Of a stretch of 64,000 nucleotides of DNA, positions 25,736 to 39,055 are shown in pieces. The notes under the pieces were generated by a model. It saw nothing but the letters and a program-made list of their open reading frames with translations, was not told where the DNA came from and did no database searches. The stretch is taken from NCBI RefSeq assembly GCF_020745735.1, contig NC_083406.1:29386255-29450254 (forward strand), read 5' to 3'. The translations under genes were made by a program, and so were the position numbers. Numbering within the stretch: position 1 is the first letter of the stretch; the number at the start of each line of letters is the position of its first letter. This stretch comes from Hemiscyllium ocellatum (lineage: Eukaryota).

Positions 25736-27013
25736 CAAGCTTTTATTTTCCCAGCTAACATTTAAAGTGACAGCTTCTCAAATATCTTTTGGAAGCCGAA
25801 TTAACTGCTTCCTCTTTTATCCAACAGGTCGTGTTATTTCTTCAAAGAAGTCCAATAAATTGGTTAAACATGATTTTCCTTTCACAAACCATGATGACTC
25901 TGCCTGATTATTTTGAATTTTTTCAAGTATCTGCTATAGCATCTTTAGTAATAGCTTCTAACATCTTCCCTCTAACAGATGTGAACAGGCCTGTCGTTCC
26001 GTCTTTCTTTCTTCCTCTTTTTTTGAATAAAGGAGTTATTATTCCGCATTTTCCAATCTTAATGGAACTTCTCCCAAATCTGGCAAATTAAAACCAAAGC
26101 ATTATTAGCTTCTTCTTTTAAGATTGTAGAATGAAGCCCATGTTGCATTGAGCAAGAATCCCCTTCATTTAAAATACTGGACAAAACCCTGGACTTTTCT
26201 TGCGTGCAAAATACTGGACAAAAGCCAGAGCTCAGGCTGCAACAAATGCACACAGAGCCAGAATGATTTCACTCTGGGACTGTTGTTCAGCCTGGAATTC
26301 CAATTCACACCTCCAATCTAAGAGAACAATCAACCAAACTTGACTCTGGACCGAAATTAACTTTTACACATCAGGCTACCGAACACAGACAGTATGGGGG
26401 CCTGCACAGATACCACACATTCAACTTCAATCAATATCCATACACACATACTCTTAACTATCAAGAAGCCATGACCTCAAAGGGAACACCAGAAACACAA
26501 TGGCAACACAGATCTGGGGGGAGGTAATAGAGCCCACAGTCTGTATAACTGCTAGCTCTGATCTGAACTGAATGGAGAGCCTTTTCAACACCAAACTTGT
26601 GCACAATTTGTTTCCCCACAGGCTTCCAGCTCCAACAAGCACCTTCAGAACCAAGAACCACAGAGACCGAACAGAGAAGCTGAATCAGGAAGCCAAAGCA
26701 CAGGCATTATCGCAACAAAGGACAAGTGCTGTGTGGACAAGAGCTTCCAGACATGGAACTGTTCTGAACGAACTGAATTGACAGCAAGAATCTCAATAAC
26801 TGGGCGCACTTTACTGTGCTTTCTTCAGTGGTGACCTGAAACTCTCAAGACCCCAAAGTTTCCAACCTAGATAGCACAGAGGGGAACGTGGATACTGACA
26901 GTGCAGGAAAGCCAAGGGTAGGAAGCCTGATTAGCTTTCTGCGATTAAAACTGCTTCTTAACTTCTAATAGTGTTTGACCGGTGTTTAATTTAACATGTA
27001 TTTCATTACTGAG

Positions 27014-28071
27014 GTAAAAACAATGACTGCAGATGCTGGAAACCAGATTCTGGATCAGTGGTGCTGGAAGAGCACAGCAGTTCAGGCAGCATCCAACGAG
27101 CAGCAAAATCGACGTTTCGGGCAAAAGTCCTTCATCAGGAATAAAGGCAGTGAGCCTGAAGCGTGGAGCGATAAGCTAGGGGAGGGTGGGGGTGGGGAGA
27201 GAGTAGCATAGAGTACTATGGGTGAGTGGGGGAGGAGATGAAGGTGATAGGTCAGGGAGGAGAGGGTGGACTGGATAGGTGGAAAAGGAGCTAGGCAGGT
27301 TGGACAAGTCATGGGGACAGTGCTGAGCTGGAAGTTTGAAACTAGGATGAGGTGGGGGAAGGGGAAATGAGGAAGCTGTTGAAGTCCACATTGATACCCT
27401 GGGGTTGAAGTGTTCCGAGGCTGAAGATGAGGCATTCTTCCTCCAGGCGTCTGGTGGTGAGGGAGCGGCGGTGAAGGAGGCCCAGGACCTCCATGTCCTC
27501 GGCAGAGTGGGAGGGGGAGTTGAAATGTTGGGCCACGGGGCGGTGTGGTTGATTGGTGCGGGTGTCTCGGAGATGTTCCCTAAAGCACGACCCATCCTCC
27601 CATCCTGGCACTTTCCCCTGCCACCGCAGGAACTGTAAAACATGTGCCCACGCCTCCTCCCTCACCTCTATCCAAGGCCCTAAAGGAGCCTTCCACATCC
27701 ATCAAAGTTTTACCTACACATCTACTAATATCATTTATTGAATCCATTGCTCCCGATGCGGTCTCCTCTACACTGGGGAGACTGGGCGCCGCCTAGCAGA
27801 GCACTTTAGGAAACATCTCCGAGACACCCGCACCAGTCAACCACACCACCCTGTGGCCCAACATTTCAACTCCCCCTCCCACTCTGCCGAGGACATGGAG
27901 GTCCTGGGCCTCCTTCACCGCCGCTCCCTCACCACCAGACACCTGGAGGAAGAATGCCTCATCTTCAGCCTCGGAACACTTCAACCCCAGGACATCAATG
28001 TAGACTTCAACAGCTTCCTCATTTCCCCTTCCCCCACCTCATCCTAGTTTCAAACTTCCAACTCAGCACTG
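27014..28071. mobile_element. Penelope-like element with internal inversion: minus-strand 3' end (27014-27585) joined to a plus-strand GIY-YIG fragment (about 27588-28071)
   Basis: Plus part reads PCHRRNCKTC...NIIY*IHCSRCGLLYTGETGRRLAEHF...VAQHFN (PLE Zn-linker plus GIY-YIG). About 268-bp inverted arms 27318-27585 / 27804-28071. Hammerhead motif at 27107-27142 (-). Confidence 0.9.
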
Positions 28072-29989
28072 GAAGTCTTCATTTCACATTCTACTGCCGT
28101 CTTCATTTCACATTCCCTAAACATGTCCAGTGTGAGACCAGGGATCTGGGGCTGATTTGAATGACCTAGAATCAGCAAATTATTGAGTGCAAGCCAGACC
28201 TTCCACCTACCAAGATCTGGGAACTTGTCAGCTCACAGCTCCAATTATTGCTCTGTACACTTCCCTTGGTGGTTGTAATTTTCTTGAGGTGCTCCCTCCT
28301 TTCCATTTCCTATTTACAGTTATTTCTGTTATAAAGTAGACTGCCTGAATGGCATCCCACTGCCACCTTCGACATTCACTCTCTCTGCAACCAACCTACA
28401 GTGGTAACAGTGTGTATCGTCTACAAGATGCTCTGCAGAAATTCAGCAAAGCTCCTTCAACATCAAGATGGCCCCTATCAGCTGGAAAATCAAGATGAGT
28501 GGATGCATGGGAAGGGTACCAACTGCAGGTTCCTACCAAACCCTCACACTCCTTACTCAGAACTATATCAGTGTTTCTTGAAAATTCTGGAACTTCCTTC
28601 CCATCAACAATGAGTGTATCTACACCCCGTGGACTACACTAGTTCAACCACATGGCTCTTCACTATCCTCTATGGACAACTAGGGATGAGACAAACTACG
28701 GCATGCTCACTGAATCCTTATCCTCTGAACGAATGAAAATAAATTACCAGAGGGGGAATTACAGTTCGTGATCTTTATTATATGTTCCTGCACCAGCTGG
28801 GGTCACCGTCTCCACCTCATTCCTTGCCTGAGGCGTGGTGACCCTCAGGTGAAACTCATTACCAGTTGTCTCTCTCTCTCTCTCTTTTTACTAGAGAGAA
28901 GCTCCCTGGTCTTCTTGCGAAAGTAGATAAAACACTCCTCTTTAAGCGAAAGCAACTTAATAAGCAAGGGAATGACATACAAACAATGTGCAATTTCCCA
29001 GCATTCTACAGTGAAATGAAAAACCATTGTGGTAGGTTTAGTTGTATGGTGTAGCACTGCAATACATGGTTCAGTTGGAGTTTCTGAGATTCAGGAAGTC
29101 ATCAATAAACTTCAGCTTTCTAAATCAACATAAAAACCTCTGTATGTATGCACTACTTGAACCCATGTGTCAAAATAACATTAGTCTGCCTGCAGTTTGT
29201 GAACCAAGCAATGGGTCTGAGTTTGCATGTGGCTTGCCTGTTTCTGATATATGTCCCAGATTTATGTGGACCCATGTAACACATGCAGAGGTGCCACTGC
29301 ACAGTGGCATGTCACAAGATCAAGATGGTGCTGATGAACTACTCAAACTTCACCCTCGCAACCCATGGCTACCAGTTGACCCCAGAAAAACAACAATCTC
29401 CCACATCACATTCTCATCTGCGCCTTATCGCTCCTGTAAACATTCTCAGAGGGAAGAGGCAACCGACATCTGCTGCCCCTCTTTGTGCATCGTCTTCTGC
29501 CGCAGAAAGTGAAAAGCAATTGATTTTCACTGGGTTACCAAGTTCACAACATGGGTCACTCTGAATAATGGATGTCTCCCTTTTATTATCTTGCTCATCT
29601 ATAGTCTCCATAGCCACAGCAAGCACTATCAGTTTGCTGCTGACAGTCTCATTATGTGCTGCTGTTGATAGCTGTGTGTGTCTGTCTCGATGTCACTGAG
29701 TCATGCGACATGCACAAGGTTGTGATCTTATTAGCAGATCCATATTTCATTTCATACTGCCTCTCTCCTTTTGGCTGAATTTCATAAGAGAGAGGAAACA
29801 AAACGGAGGAATGCTGAAAGGAAACCACATAATTTTGGACTCTTTAAATATAATTGAATTAATGCAGCCATGGCCTCTTTGATTTTGCCTTCATACACAT
29901 GCTTCCATCGAGCTTTACTCATTGCTGTGGGGTGCCTGTCCTGAAAAAGCTGGAGACAGACAGGCTCCAGGAGCTGCTTTCAGCTTCAA

Positions 29990-30600
29990 CAGTTGCTCTA
30001 GTATTGAGGATGACCTTCTTCCACTCTGGTTCTGAGATGACTGTTAAGTCCAACTGTGACCCAGACTATTCCACAGATAGATCATGTGGGGCTTGAGGGA
30101 TTGTGTAGATGCCTTGTCTGGATTTTGCCTGCTCTGACATGACTTTGCCTCCATGCATTTCCATAGGAGCCTCCCATCTCATGTACTCCTACAAGATCCT
30201 TCTTTATTTTGGTCACCCACATGCCAGAGACTCCTAAGAGCCTGTGTGGGTGGTTGATCTCTTCAGGGATGCTTTAAGGACATCTCTGACTCCTGTGTCA
30301 ACTCGGTTCTGAGCAGAGCACACTGCTTTAGGAGTCTGGTATCAGCTACATGTATATAGTCCTTTGAGAGGACTGGTTTTGAATGATTATTGTCTTAATG
30401 CCAAGTACATCGACTTGGGAGGGGACACAGTTGCTTGACCATTTGTCTTGACATTGGATTTGGAAGCTCTCGCAAAGGCACTACTGCTCATAATTCTTCA
30501 GTACTGTGACAGCCCTGTTATAGTCAAGCATGTAGGAGTATGAGGATCAGTGTTGTTCAGTAGAACTATAAATTGAGTCTCAGGTTTGTGATTGTGGGCC
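29990..30600 (-). mobile_element. Decayed RTE-type LINE 3' remnant
   Basis: Minus-strand CLCESF.I.CQDKWSS resembles the RTE CLRRIL.I.WQDR motif; heavily decayed. Confidence 0.4.
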
Positions 30601-30613
30601 TTAAATGCACCTT

Positions 30614-30833
30614 GGAGGAGAAAGTGAGGACTGCAGATGCTGGAGATCAGAGCTGAAAATGTGTTGCTGGAAAAGCGCAGCAGGTCAGACAGCATCCAAG
30701 GAGCAGGAGAATCGACGTTTCGGCATGAGCCCTTCTTCAGCCCTTCCTGAAGGGCTCGTGCCCGAAACGTCAATTCTCCTGCTCCTTGGATGCTGCCTGA
30801 CCTGCTGCGCTTTTCCAGCAACACATTTTCAGC
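30614..30833. mobile_element. Fold-back Penelope-derived mini-element (same subfamily as 7645), about 90-bp arms, about 37-nt tail, 13-bp TSD with 1 mismatch
   Basis: TSD ttaaatgcacctt 30601-30613 / ttaaatgctcctt 30834-30846. The minus strand carries CTGAAGAAGGGCTCATGCCGAAACGTC. Confidence 0.85.
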
Positions 30834-31641
30834 TTAAATGCTCCTTTCTTTATTTGGCCAAATACTGAGCTGACAGTTTGGAGGCAGGGATGTATTCTTT
30901 CTGTTCAACGTACATCAGATTTTCTAATGAGAAACAAACAGCAATTCATGTCTCATTTGAAAATGGCAACTATTTTTCTGAACTGAGAAGCAGACATGCC
31001 ACATTTTTTGCCCTTTCTTTTCCCAGTTGCTCTTAAGTTAAAAGGTGCAGATGGGTGATTAGATCCCAAGACGTATGTGGACCATTCTGCGACTGTCATT
31101 GGGACACACGGTACAGCACCAGTTGACAAGCCTCTTCTTCAGGCAGTTCCTTCTCTTTCTTCTGACATAGAATGTTAAGATATTTGGAGCCAGGAAAGCC
31201 CAACCTGTTCTGTCTGTCTGGAGCAACCCAATGCCCCTTACACTGTTACAACTAACTGTTTCAGAAATCATTCCAGGCATTTTGCCTCAACCAGAAATGC
31301 TGGTCTGCACGAAGGGATGGAGTAACTCCTGGAAACACTGTGAGGAAATGTAGCCGTGAATCTGCATTCACACCCCATTTATACCTACCTGCCACAACAT
31401 TCATGCTCTTTCCACCAAAAGGCTCAAAATGAGTATCTGTTCTACCCACTCTCCAAGGAATTTTAGTCAGAGGCTTTCTGACTGCTTTAATTTACATTCA
31501 TATTTGTTTTTCTTTTGCATCTTTTCTGTAATTCCCTTCCAGGCTAGGTTACAAAAAAAAGGTGAAGGACATTCTACCGTAAAGCAATATTCTATATGAT
31601 ATAACTGTTATGAGTTTTCCCTGCAATCAAACTGCACTGTG

Positions 31642-31938
31642 TAGATTAGATTCCCTACAGTGTGGAAACAGGCCCTTCGGCTCAACCAGTCCACACCGAC
31701 CCTTCGAAGAGCAACCCACCCAGACCCATTTCCCTCTGAATGATGCACCTAAAACTATGGGCAATTTAGAGTGGCCAATTCGCCTGACTTGCACATCTTT
31801 GGACTGTGGGAGGAAACCGGAGCACACCCATGGGGAGAATGTACTAGCTCCACACAGACAGTCACCTGTGGCTGGAATCGAACCAGCGACCCTGGTGCTA
31901 TCGGGCAGCGGTGCTAACCAGCGAGCCACCTACCACCC
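31642..31938 (-). mobile_element. HE1-type V-SINE, near full length
   Basis: tRNA A/B boxes, V-domain and aatct-repeat tail on the minus strand. Confidence 0.9.
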
Positions 31939-33645
31939 TAAAACAGCACCAGAGACAACTGCTAACAATAGCGACGAGAATGTAGTGCAACTGTTTTTCA
32001 GTGAAGCTTCTTTGAATTATCATTTTAAAAATTGTGCATATAAATTAGCAATTCTAATTGTTGATTTTCCAGCCCACTGCTGTCTAGACTTCATTCCCAT
32101 GGTGTTCCCACACTTTCCTTCAAACATAAACATGATACAAGGATTTGGTGAGGGTGCGGTCAACAGTCACGAGAATGATACTGAGCGTGAGGCACTTCAA
32201 GCATGTGGAAAAATTGGAGAAGACCTGACTTTAACTTCGAGGAGACAAGATTAAGAAGAGATTTTAAAGCAGTGTTCAAAGTCATGAACAATATTGACAG
32301 AGTAAACATAAAGTACTGTTTGGAATGCACTAGAAAACTCTCACATCATTACGATATTTAGCCACATCCACACAGAAGTAAATGTGTGATGAAATCAAGG
32401 AAGAAAGACACCATTCCACAAAAAGGTATTTAAAAAAATAGATGAACATAAAATTGCCATAATCTTACTAGATCATCAGGCTGCTCTCTCATTAGATAGA
32501 AATAACTGGTGGTGGTTTAACCTGAGGGTCACGCTATCTCAGACGAGGAGAGAGGTTGAGGAGGAGATTGGGCTTAAAATGGCTTAGAATGTCTCAGAAC
32601 GACTTAGTCTACCTCTCCACATGAAGATGAGAGACCGGTTTGCAGTTTCTCTGGTGAAGAGATTGAGAGGCAATTTTATTGGAATTTTCAAAATCATGTA
32701 GAGAAGCAAGAATGGATCAAGGTCAAGGGGTATAGATTTGAGGTGATTAGCAAAAAAGAGGTGACACGAGGAAATCATTTTTCACACAACAAGTGGTTCA
32801 CACTTAGCATACACTGCCTGAGAGTGTGGTGAGGCATGTTAAATTGAGGTATTCGAAAGGAAATATCAGAGATAACTGAAAAGAAAGAATGGGGAGAAGG
32901 CAGGAGATTGTAACTTGTCTCATTCATAAAGCTAGCACAGATGGTGGGCCTAATGGCCTCATTTTGTGCTGTAAGAATCACGGGATTCTGTGAGAGAGAT
33001 TTCAAGTGCCTTCTGAAAGCTGAAACAATTAACTGTTTTCTTTTGATAAAACCTTAGGTAATTATATTAGTTTCACTAAAAATTATTTAGAAGTACATAG
33101 TCATGACTTCCCTTTAAGTTAGCTAATGAAGGATGCATTTTAGCCAATGCTCTATACAACATTTCACACACTCCACAACAATATTTGTTAAAAATTAAAC
33201 TACTTTAACTGTTGAAGCCACCTTTGGAAAAGTATAAATATTGATTCTCAAACTGTAGACACAAAAGGTATGGAGACAGGTCACAGTGTTAAATGATTCA
33301 TTTGACAGAACATGACAATTTTGTATCCTGTGGAACAGCAATGTTTCCTCTAAGCTGTGCAGCTGTACAATAAACCAACAGTGCCCGCTTTGGACCTTTA
33401 AAGTCACCATGAATGCACTGCCATGCAGCAAGAACTGAAGGGAGTCACGCACTGCCAATAACCAGAGAGAATGTTGCAGGGAGTGGACTTTCTGTATGTA
33501 AACTCTAGGCCTAATCCATGGTATTTTTGCAAGCGACCTGAGTGAGTGCAATGGTTATCAGTCAAACGCAGTTTTCAACACATATTGACTGCATTGTAAT
33601 TCGAAAGGAATCTGCTTATTAGAAGTTGAACAACGAACACAATAC

Positions 33646-33890
33646 CTGCAAAGACATCATGTCAGGCCTATACTGCTTCCGGAAACCTAGATCATACATG
33701 AGGAACTTGAGCATTTCAAAGGCTTGCTCCTCACTCGTGTGCAGAAGGAGGACCCCAGCGACAAAGCTAATGCCCTGGCAGTAGCCCACTTCCTTGTCCA
33801 GCAATGAGTAGGCCTTAAGGAGATTAAACAGTGAGAGCTGTCCAGCTCCTAACTGTGCCGAGAAATATGCATGGGTAGGAAATGTTCGTC
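33646..33890 (-). CDS. TBC1D4: TBC1D4 exon (human exon 17 equivalent), 245 nt, with the catalytic Arg and the YCQG glutamine finger
   Basis: Acceptor ttttttgacag|GA CGA, donor TTG CAG|gtattg. [31 protein letters not shown] and [17 protein letters not shown] are TBC1D4-type rather than TBC1D1-type (from memory). Confidence 0.97.
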
Positions 33891-34827
33891 CTGTCAAAAA
33901 AACGAGAAGAAAGCAGTTTTATTTTTGCTTTGCTGCCTGAGTTTATTCAACATCTTATTTTTCTGGTATTGGAAAAGCAATGAATTGTGTATAATTCTCT
34001 CCCAGTAAGTTAATGAGATTCTCCGACCAGTTGAACGACATATCAGTAGAAGGTGGCCTTTTTAGCCTTCCATCCAAGACAGGGATTAAGTTATTCAGGC
34101 CCAGACCTTCTGAAAAGAAGGTGGGAGTTGCTGCAACATACCCGGACAGACATGCTACAAATCTACTTGGATGCCTTGATGCACAGACTGCCCAGGAACT
34201 TTAAACTTCCAATGGACCACCACCCTGAATATAGAAACCTCTCAGAAAAGCCTACAATTCTGAGTTGGTCAGAGACATCAATAGGTAATAATGTATTAAT
34301 CTGATTAGTTACCCAGAAAAGGTTGGCTGGATTAAAACCTGCTCAAATTCCTTGGTAAGTATGAAACTGATACCCCCCACACGACTTCATCACTGAGACC
34401 CATACTCTTTCCTGGCCCCACCTGGCCACACACCTACACCAGTTCTGATCCTCTCTAAAAACAACCTCACCAATCCAAACCTCCATGGCCTGGCCTGACC
34501 TGACAATGCAAATCCCCAATTCAGCAAACCCCAACATGCCCATGACCCAAAACCTGAGACTGGTATCCCTACAATGACCCCCTAACACACCTATCCTCCA
34601 TTACCCATCAAACTTCCAACCTAATGCCTTACTCACTTATTCCCAACTTGCCAAGCTGCCCTCCCCAACAACACCCTCCCCCTCCTCTACACCACCCTGC
34701 CCCCCTTCCACACCTTGTCCCACCCCCATACCACTTGCCACCCTGCCCCTCCCCCACATCTCTGGCAACTCTGTCCCACCCTCTCACTACCTGCTCCTCC
34801 CCACACCACCTGAATCAGCAGAATATA

Positions 34828-35230
34828 CACATAGGAACCTCAATTATCCGAACGAGATGGGCGGGCACTATTTTGTTCAGGTAATTGATTATTTGGTTAA
34901 TTGATTCAATGTTTCACCTCTGGGGCTCAGAGTTTTCTAAAGTTTCATTTTTCCCTGCTCAGCCTGCCTTGCTCCCTCTTTCTATCTCAGGTTTGTTTCT
35001 GAGCAGACACACACTTGTGTGTAAGGGACATGCAGCATTGCTGAAACCACGCCCTCCCCCCGCCCCACCACCAATCAGTTCAATGGGATTGACACAGAGA
35101 GCACCTGCTACGTCTACCTCTGTTCAGGAGACTAGGCAGCAGCACACCGCCCGCAAGCCTCTGCACCTCATCCACCACTCAACCCCATCCAACACTGCCC
35201 CTGTCCACTCCCCCAGCCGTCCACGCCCCC
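34828..35230 (+). mobile_element. Possible Tigger/pogo-type DNA transposon end
   Basis: TA followed by cacataggaacctcaattatccgaac resembles a pogo-type TIR; no partner TIR found. Confidence 0.3.
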
Positions 35231-36124
35231 ATGAGCTCCCCTCACACATTGTGCCCTCTGTCTGACCCAGTTGCTTTTAAATCTAACACCAAGCCACAGA
35301 TGTCAATGTTATGCTTGATGACACATAGCATGGTCAAACAGACAGTTTTTAAGGAGTTTTGCAAAGGTGAAAAGTGAGGCTGAGGTGGAGAAGTTTAGGA
35401 AAAGAACTCAAGAGTTTAGAACACAGCCAAATGAAAGTAATGATGAAGCAATTAAAATTAAAGACACTAAAGAGGCTACGAGTTTGAGAACACAGATATC
35501 TTAGAAATTGCAGGGCTGCGAATTCCAAAGGTGTGCTGGCTAGGAGGATTGGCCATGCTAAATTGCCCTCAGTATCCAGGCATGTGTAGGTTTGATGGGT
35601 TAGCCATGGAAATGCAGGGTTACAGGGAAAGAGTAGTGGGATGGGTCTAGACGGGTTGCTCTTCAGAGGGTAGGTGTGGACTTGTTGGGCCAAATGGTTT
35701 GTTTCTACACTGCAGGATTCTATGGTGGTGGTTACACAGATAGTGAGGGGTGAATCCATAGAAGTATTTGAAAACAAGATTGAAAATTGTTGCCAGACTG
35801 AGAACCACAGAAGATCACTCTCCATCTACATTTAAATGGACTTTGATTATTCATCTTTGATGGATTCTGGATTGGACACAGTGGCTTCACCTTTGTCAAC
35901 TGTGCAACTGAGTGGTCCCCACTAAAAATACATTCTGCCAGTAGTCTGTACCTGTGCTTACCAGAGTGAATGAGCTCTCTGTTCTACTTTTCATTATGAA
36001 GTATATTTGTGCCAGCGTGCTCTTTCAGGGTAGGGATCTACAGGATGTTGGTTCTTGGACCTACAGTATTTGGTCTGGTATGGTGGGGAAAAGCACTTGA
36101 TAATCTAATGGGAACAGGCTCTTG

Positions 36125-36865
36125 TCATAGAGTCTAACAGCATACAAACAGGCCCTTCAGCCCATCACATCTATTCCAATCAACAACTACCAAGTTGTAC
36201 TAATCCCATTTACCTGCACTTGGTCCTAACCTCTTGTGCCTTGGCATTTTAAGTGCTCATCCAAAGCTTCTTAAATGTGAGTGTACCTTCCTCCACCACA
36301 CTGTCGAGGCAGCACATTCCATATATCTACCACCTCCAGAGTGAAAATTCTTTTCTCAAATCTCCTTTAAACCACTCAGTCCTCACCTGAAGCCTATGCT
36401 CCCTGGTTTTAAACACATCTGCCATGGGGGACAAAACTCTGATGAACTCTCCTGGCTTTGCCTCTCATAATTTTGTATGTCTCAATCAGATTACCCCTCC
36501 CACTCAGCCTCCGCTTAAGCAAGAAAACCAAACCCTGCCCATCCAGTCTCTCCTCATTACTGAGACTTCACTGTGGGCAACCTCTTGGTAAATCTCTCTG
36601 CACCCTCTCCAGTGCAATCACGTCCTTCCAACAGACTGTCAAACTGAACTGCATACAATATTCTATTTATGGTCTAATCAACATTTTATAAAGTTGTAAC
36701 AAGAATTCTTGCAGATCTACTATGCCCTGGGTAATGAAGACAACATCCATATGCCTTCTTCCCCACCCTGTCCACCTATGCTGACATCTTCAGGGATCTA
36801 AGGACTTGTATACCATGGTCCCTTTGTTCCTCAGTACTCCCTAGGGACCTGCCATTCATTGTCTG
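36125..36865 (-). mobile_element. CR1 LINE 3' end (older subfamily)
   Basis: Reverse of EYCMQF / ALERVQRDL motifs plus CR1 tail. Confidence 0.8.
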
Positions 36866-37550
36866 AAACAAGATGTATTTTCTTGTTTGAGAGCAACAAC
36901 GAACAAGTTCCATTAATATAAGATACTGTTACAAAGACAATGAGAATGACACAGATAACAAGTCTCATTCCGTTGCGATCCTAAACCATTTCTTCACCAA
37001 ATCCACATGATATTATCGTGAGTGTGATGCATAAGGCACTCTTCAGCATTGACCCTGTCAGACCTTGACATCCTTACACAATAAAATATTCAGAACAGAA
37101 TAGAGGTCTCTAAAATAGGAAGGTGTTAGACCATGGAGTGATTTGAAGTCCAAGATGAGTATTTTAATATGACAATTGATATGGAACAGTTTGGGTGTAT
37201 CCAGCAGTAAGAAGAGGCAGAAGGGATGAAGAGAACACAAAGGATTGATTAGGAAAATTAGATGAGACAACAAAGAGCCACAAGGTGAAAACAGAACACA
37301 TGAGCTTAAACTGAATATTTAAAAAAAAACTAAAGCACAGCAATCAGAAAAAGAAATGGGATGCAAAAAATAGTTTGAAATAATTATACTGGCAAAGAAA
37401 GATAAATGCCTTGATGCAAAGGCAAGCAAGGTGAAAACAAGAAAGAAAGGAAAAAATTAAATGACACAATTGATACTGCAGTTAGTTGTCCAAGTGTTAC
37501 ATTCAGATAAAATGTGCAACATCACCATCTACTGGCTACAAAATCCTAAT

Positions 37551-38464
37551 TCTGGATTAGTGGTGCTGGAAGAGCAAAGCAGTTCAGGCAGCATCCAAGG
37601 AGCAGTAAAATTGACATTTTGGGCAAAAGCCCTTCATCAGGAATAAAGGCAGAAAGCCTGAAGGGTAGAAAGATAAGCTGGAGGAGGGTGGGGATGGGGA
37701 GAAAGCAGCATAGAGTACAATAGGTGAGTGGGGGAGGGGATGAAGGTGATAGGTCAGGGCTGGGGGAGGTGGAGTGGATAGGTGGAAAAGAAGATAGGCA
37801 GATAGGACAAGTCATGGGGACAGTGCTGAGCTGGAAGTTTGGAACTAGGGTAAGGTGGGGGAAGGGGAAATGAGGAAACTATTGAAGCCCACATTGATGC
37901 CCTGGGGTTGAAGTGTTCTGAGGTGGAAGATGAGGCATTCTTCCTCCAGGCATCTGGTAGTGAGGGAGCGGCGGTGAAGGAGGCCCAGGACCTCCATGTC
38001 CTCGGCAGAGTGGGAGGGGGAGTTGAAATGTTGGGCCACAAGGTGGTGTGGTTGATTGGTGCGGGTGTCCCGGAGATGTTCCCTGAAGCGCTCTGCTAGG
38101 GGTGGGGGGGGGGAGGCGTCCAGTCTCCCCAATGTAGAGGAGGCCGCATCGGGAGCAACGGATACAATAAATGATATTAGTGGATGTGCAGGGAAAACTT
38201 TGATGGATGTGGCCCCCGGCCCCGACCTATCACCTTCATTCCCTCCCCCACTCACCCATTGTACTCTATGCTACTTTCTCCCCACCCCCACCCTCCTCTA
38301 GCTTATCTCTCCATGCTTCAGGCTCTCTGCCTTTATTCCTGATGAAGGGCTTTTGCCCGAAACATCGATTTTACTGCACGTTGGATGCTGCCTGAACTGC
38401 TGTGCTCTTCCAGCACCACTAATCCAGAATCTGGTTTCCAGCATCTGCAGTCATTGTTTTTACC
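37551..38464. mobile_element. Penelope-like element with inversion: minus-strand GIY-YIG plus 3' end (37551 to about 38212) and plus-strand 3' end with tail; 13-bp TSD
   Basis: TSD acaaaatcctaat 37538-37550 / 38465-38477. ORF LAERFREHLRDTRTNQPHHLVAQHFNSP. CpG-decayed hammerheads at 37609-37644 (-) and 38335-38370 (+). Confidence 0.9.
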
Positions 38465-38806
38465 ACAAAATCCTAATGCAGAGAGAAAAAAAATTGCTTT
38501 GCCCCAAATTAATCTTCTTTCATTACTCGCTCTAGTTTGCTTAAAGAGCTGGGTAAACAAATCATTACATTTATTCTTTACATTACTACATTTTTATTCT
38601 CCTTTCAAAATCTTGTTAAAATTGACCTCTTTTACTAAGCTCTTGATCATCACTTCTATAATCGTCCCATGTGTCTAATGTTAAATTGCTGTGAAGTATT
38701 TAATTACTCTAAAGGCGCTGCATAAATGTAACATATTCTTATTCCATTCTAAGTGGCATACAGTAAAACTATAAATCGACCACATCAGTAAGGCATGGAC
38801 TGTTAC

Positions 38807-38965
38807 CAAGGTCAACCAGGATGGCGTGTTGCTGCGTAGTCAGCTGTTTCAAAAGTTCTTTGTATGAAATGTCTGCCGGTTGCTGTTTCTCTGGTAACCG
38901 GTGTCTCAAGCGGTACTGCTCGGCTAAGAATTGCCAGATCTCTCCTCTCCGAGCCTTTGGTACAC
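38807..38965 (-). CDS. TBC1D4: TBC1D4 exon (human exon 16 equivalent), 159 nt, start of the TBC/Rab-GAP domain: [17 protein letters not shown]...QQHAILVDL
   Basis: Acceptor ttttgtgtgacag|GT GTA, donor CTT G|gtaaca. Supplies IxxDxx of the arginine finger (ILVDLG|R). Confidence 0.97.
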
Positions 38966-39055
38966 CTGTCACACAAAAGTAGTTCATTGCATAGACTATT
39001 CTTCCAACTCCACACAGCCATTTTATTCAATGGCTAACAACCAACAATAAACAAT

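Noticed and set aside
31610-32254. Longest ORF in the track (214 aa)
   Set aside because: The first half is an antisense HE1 SINE; no coding features.
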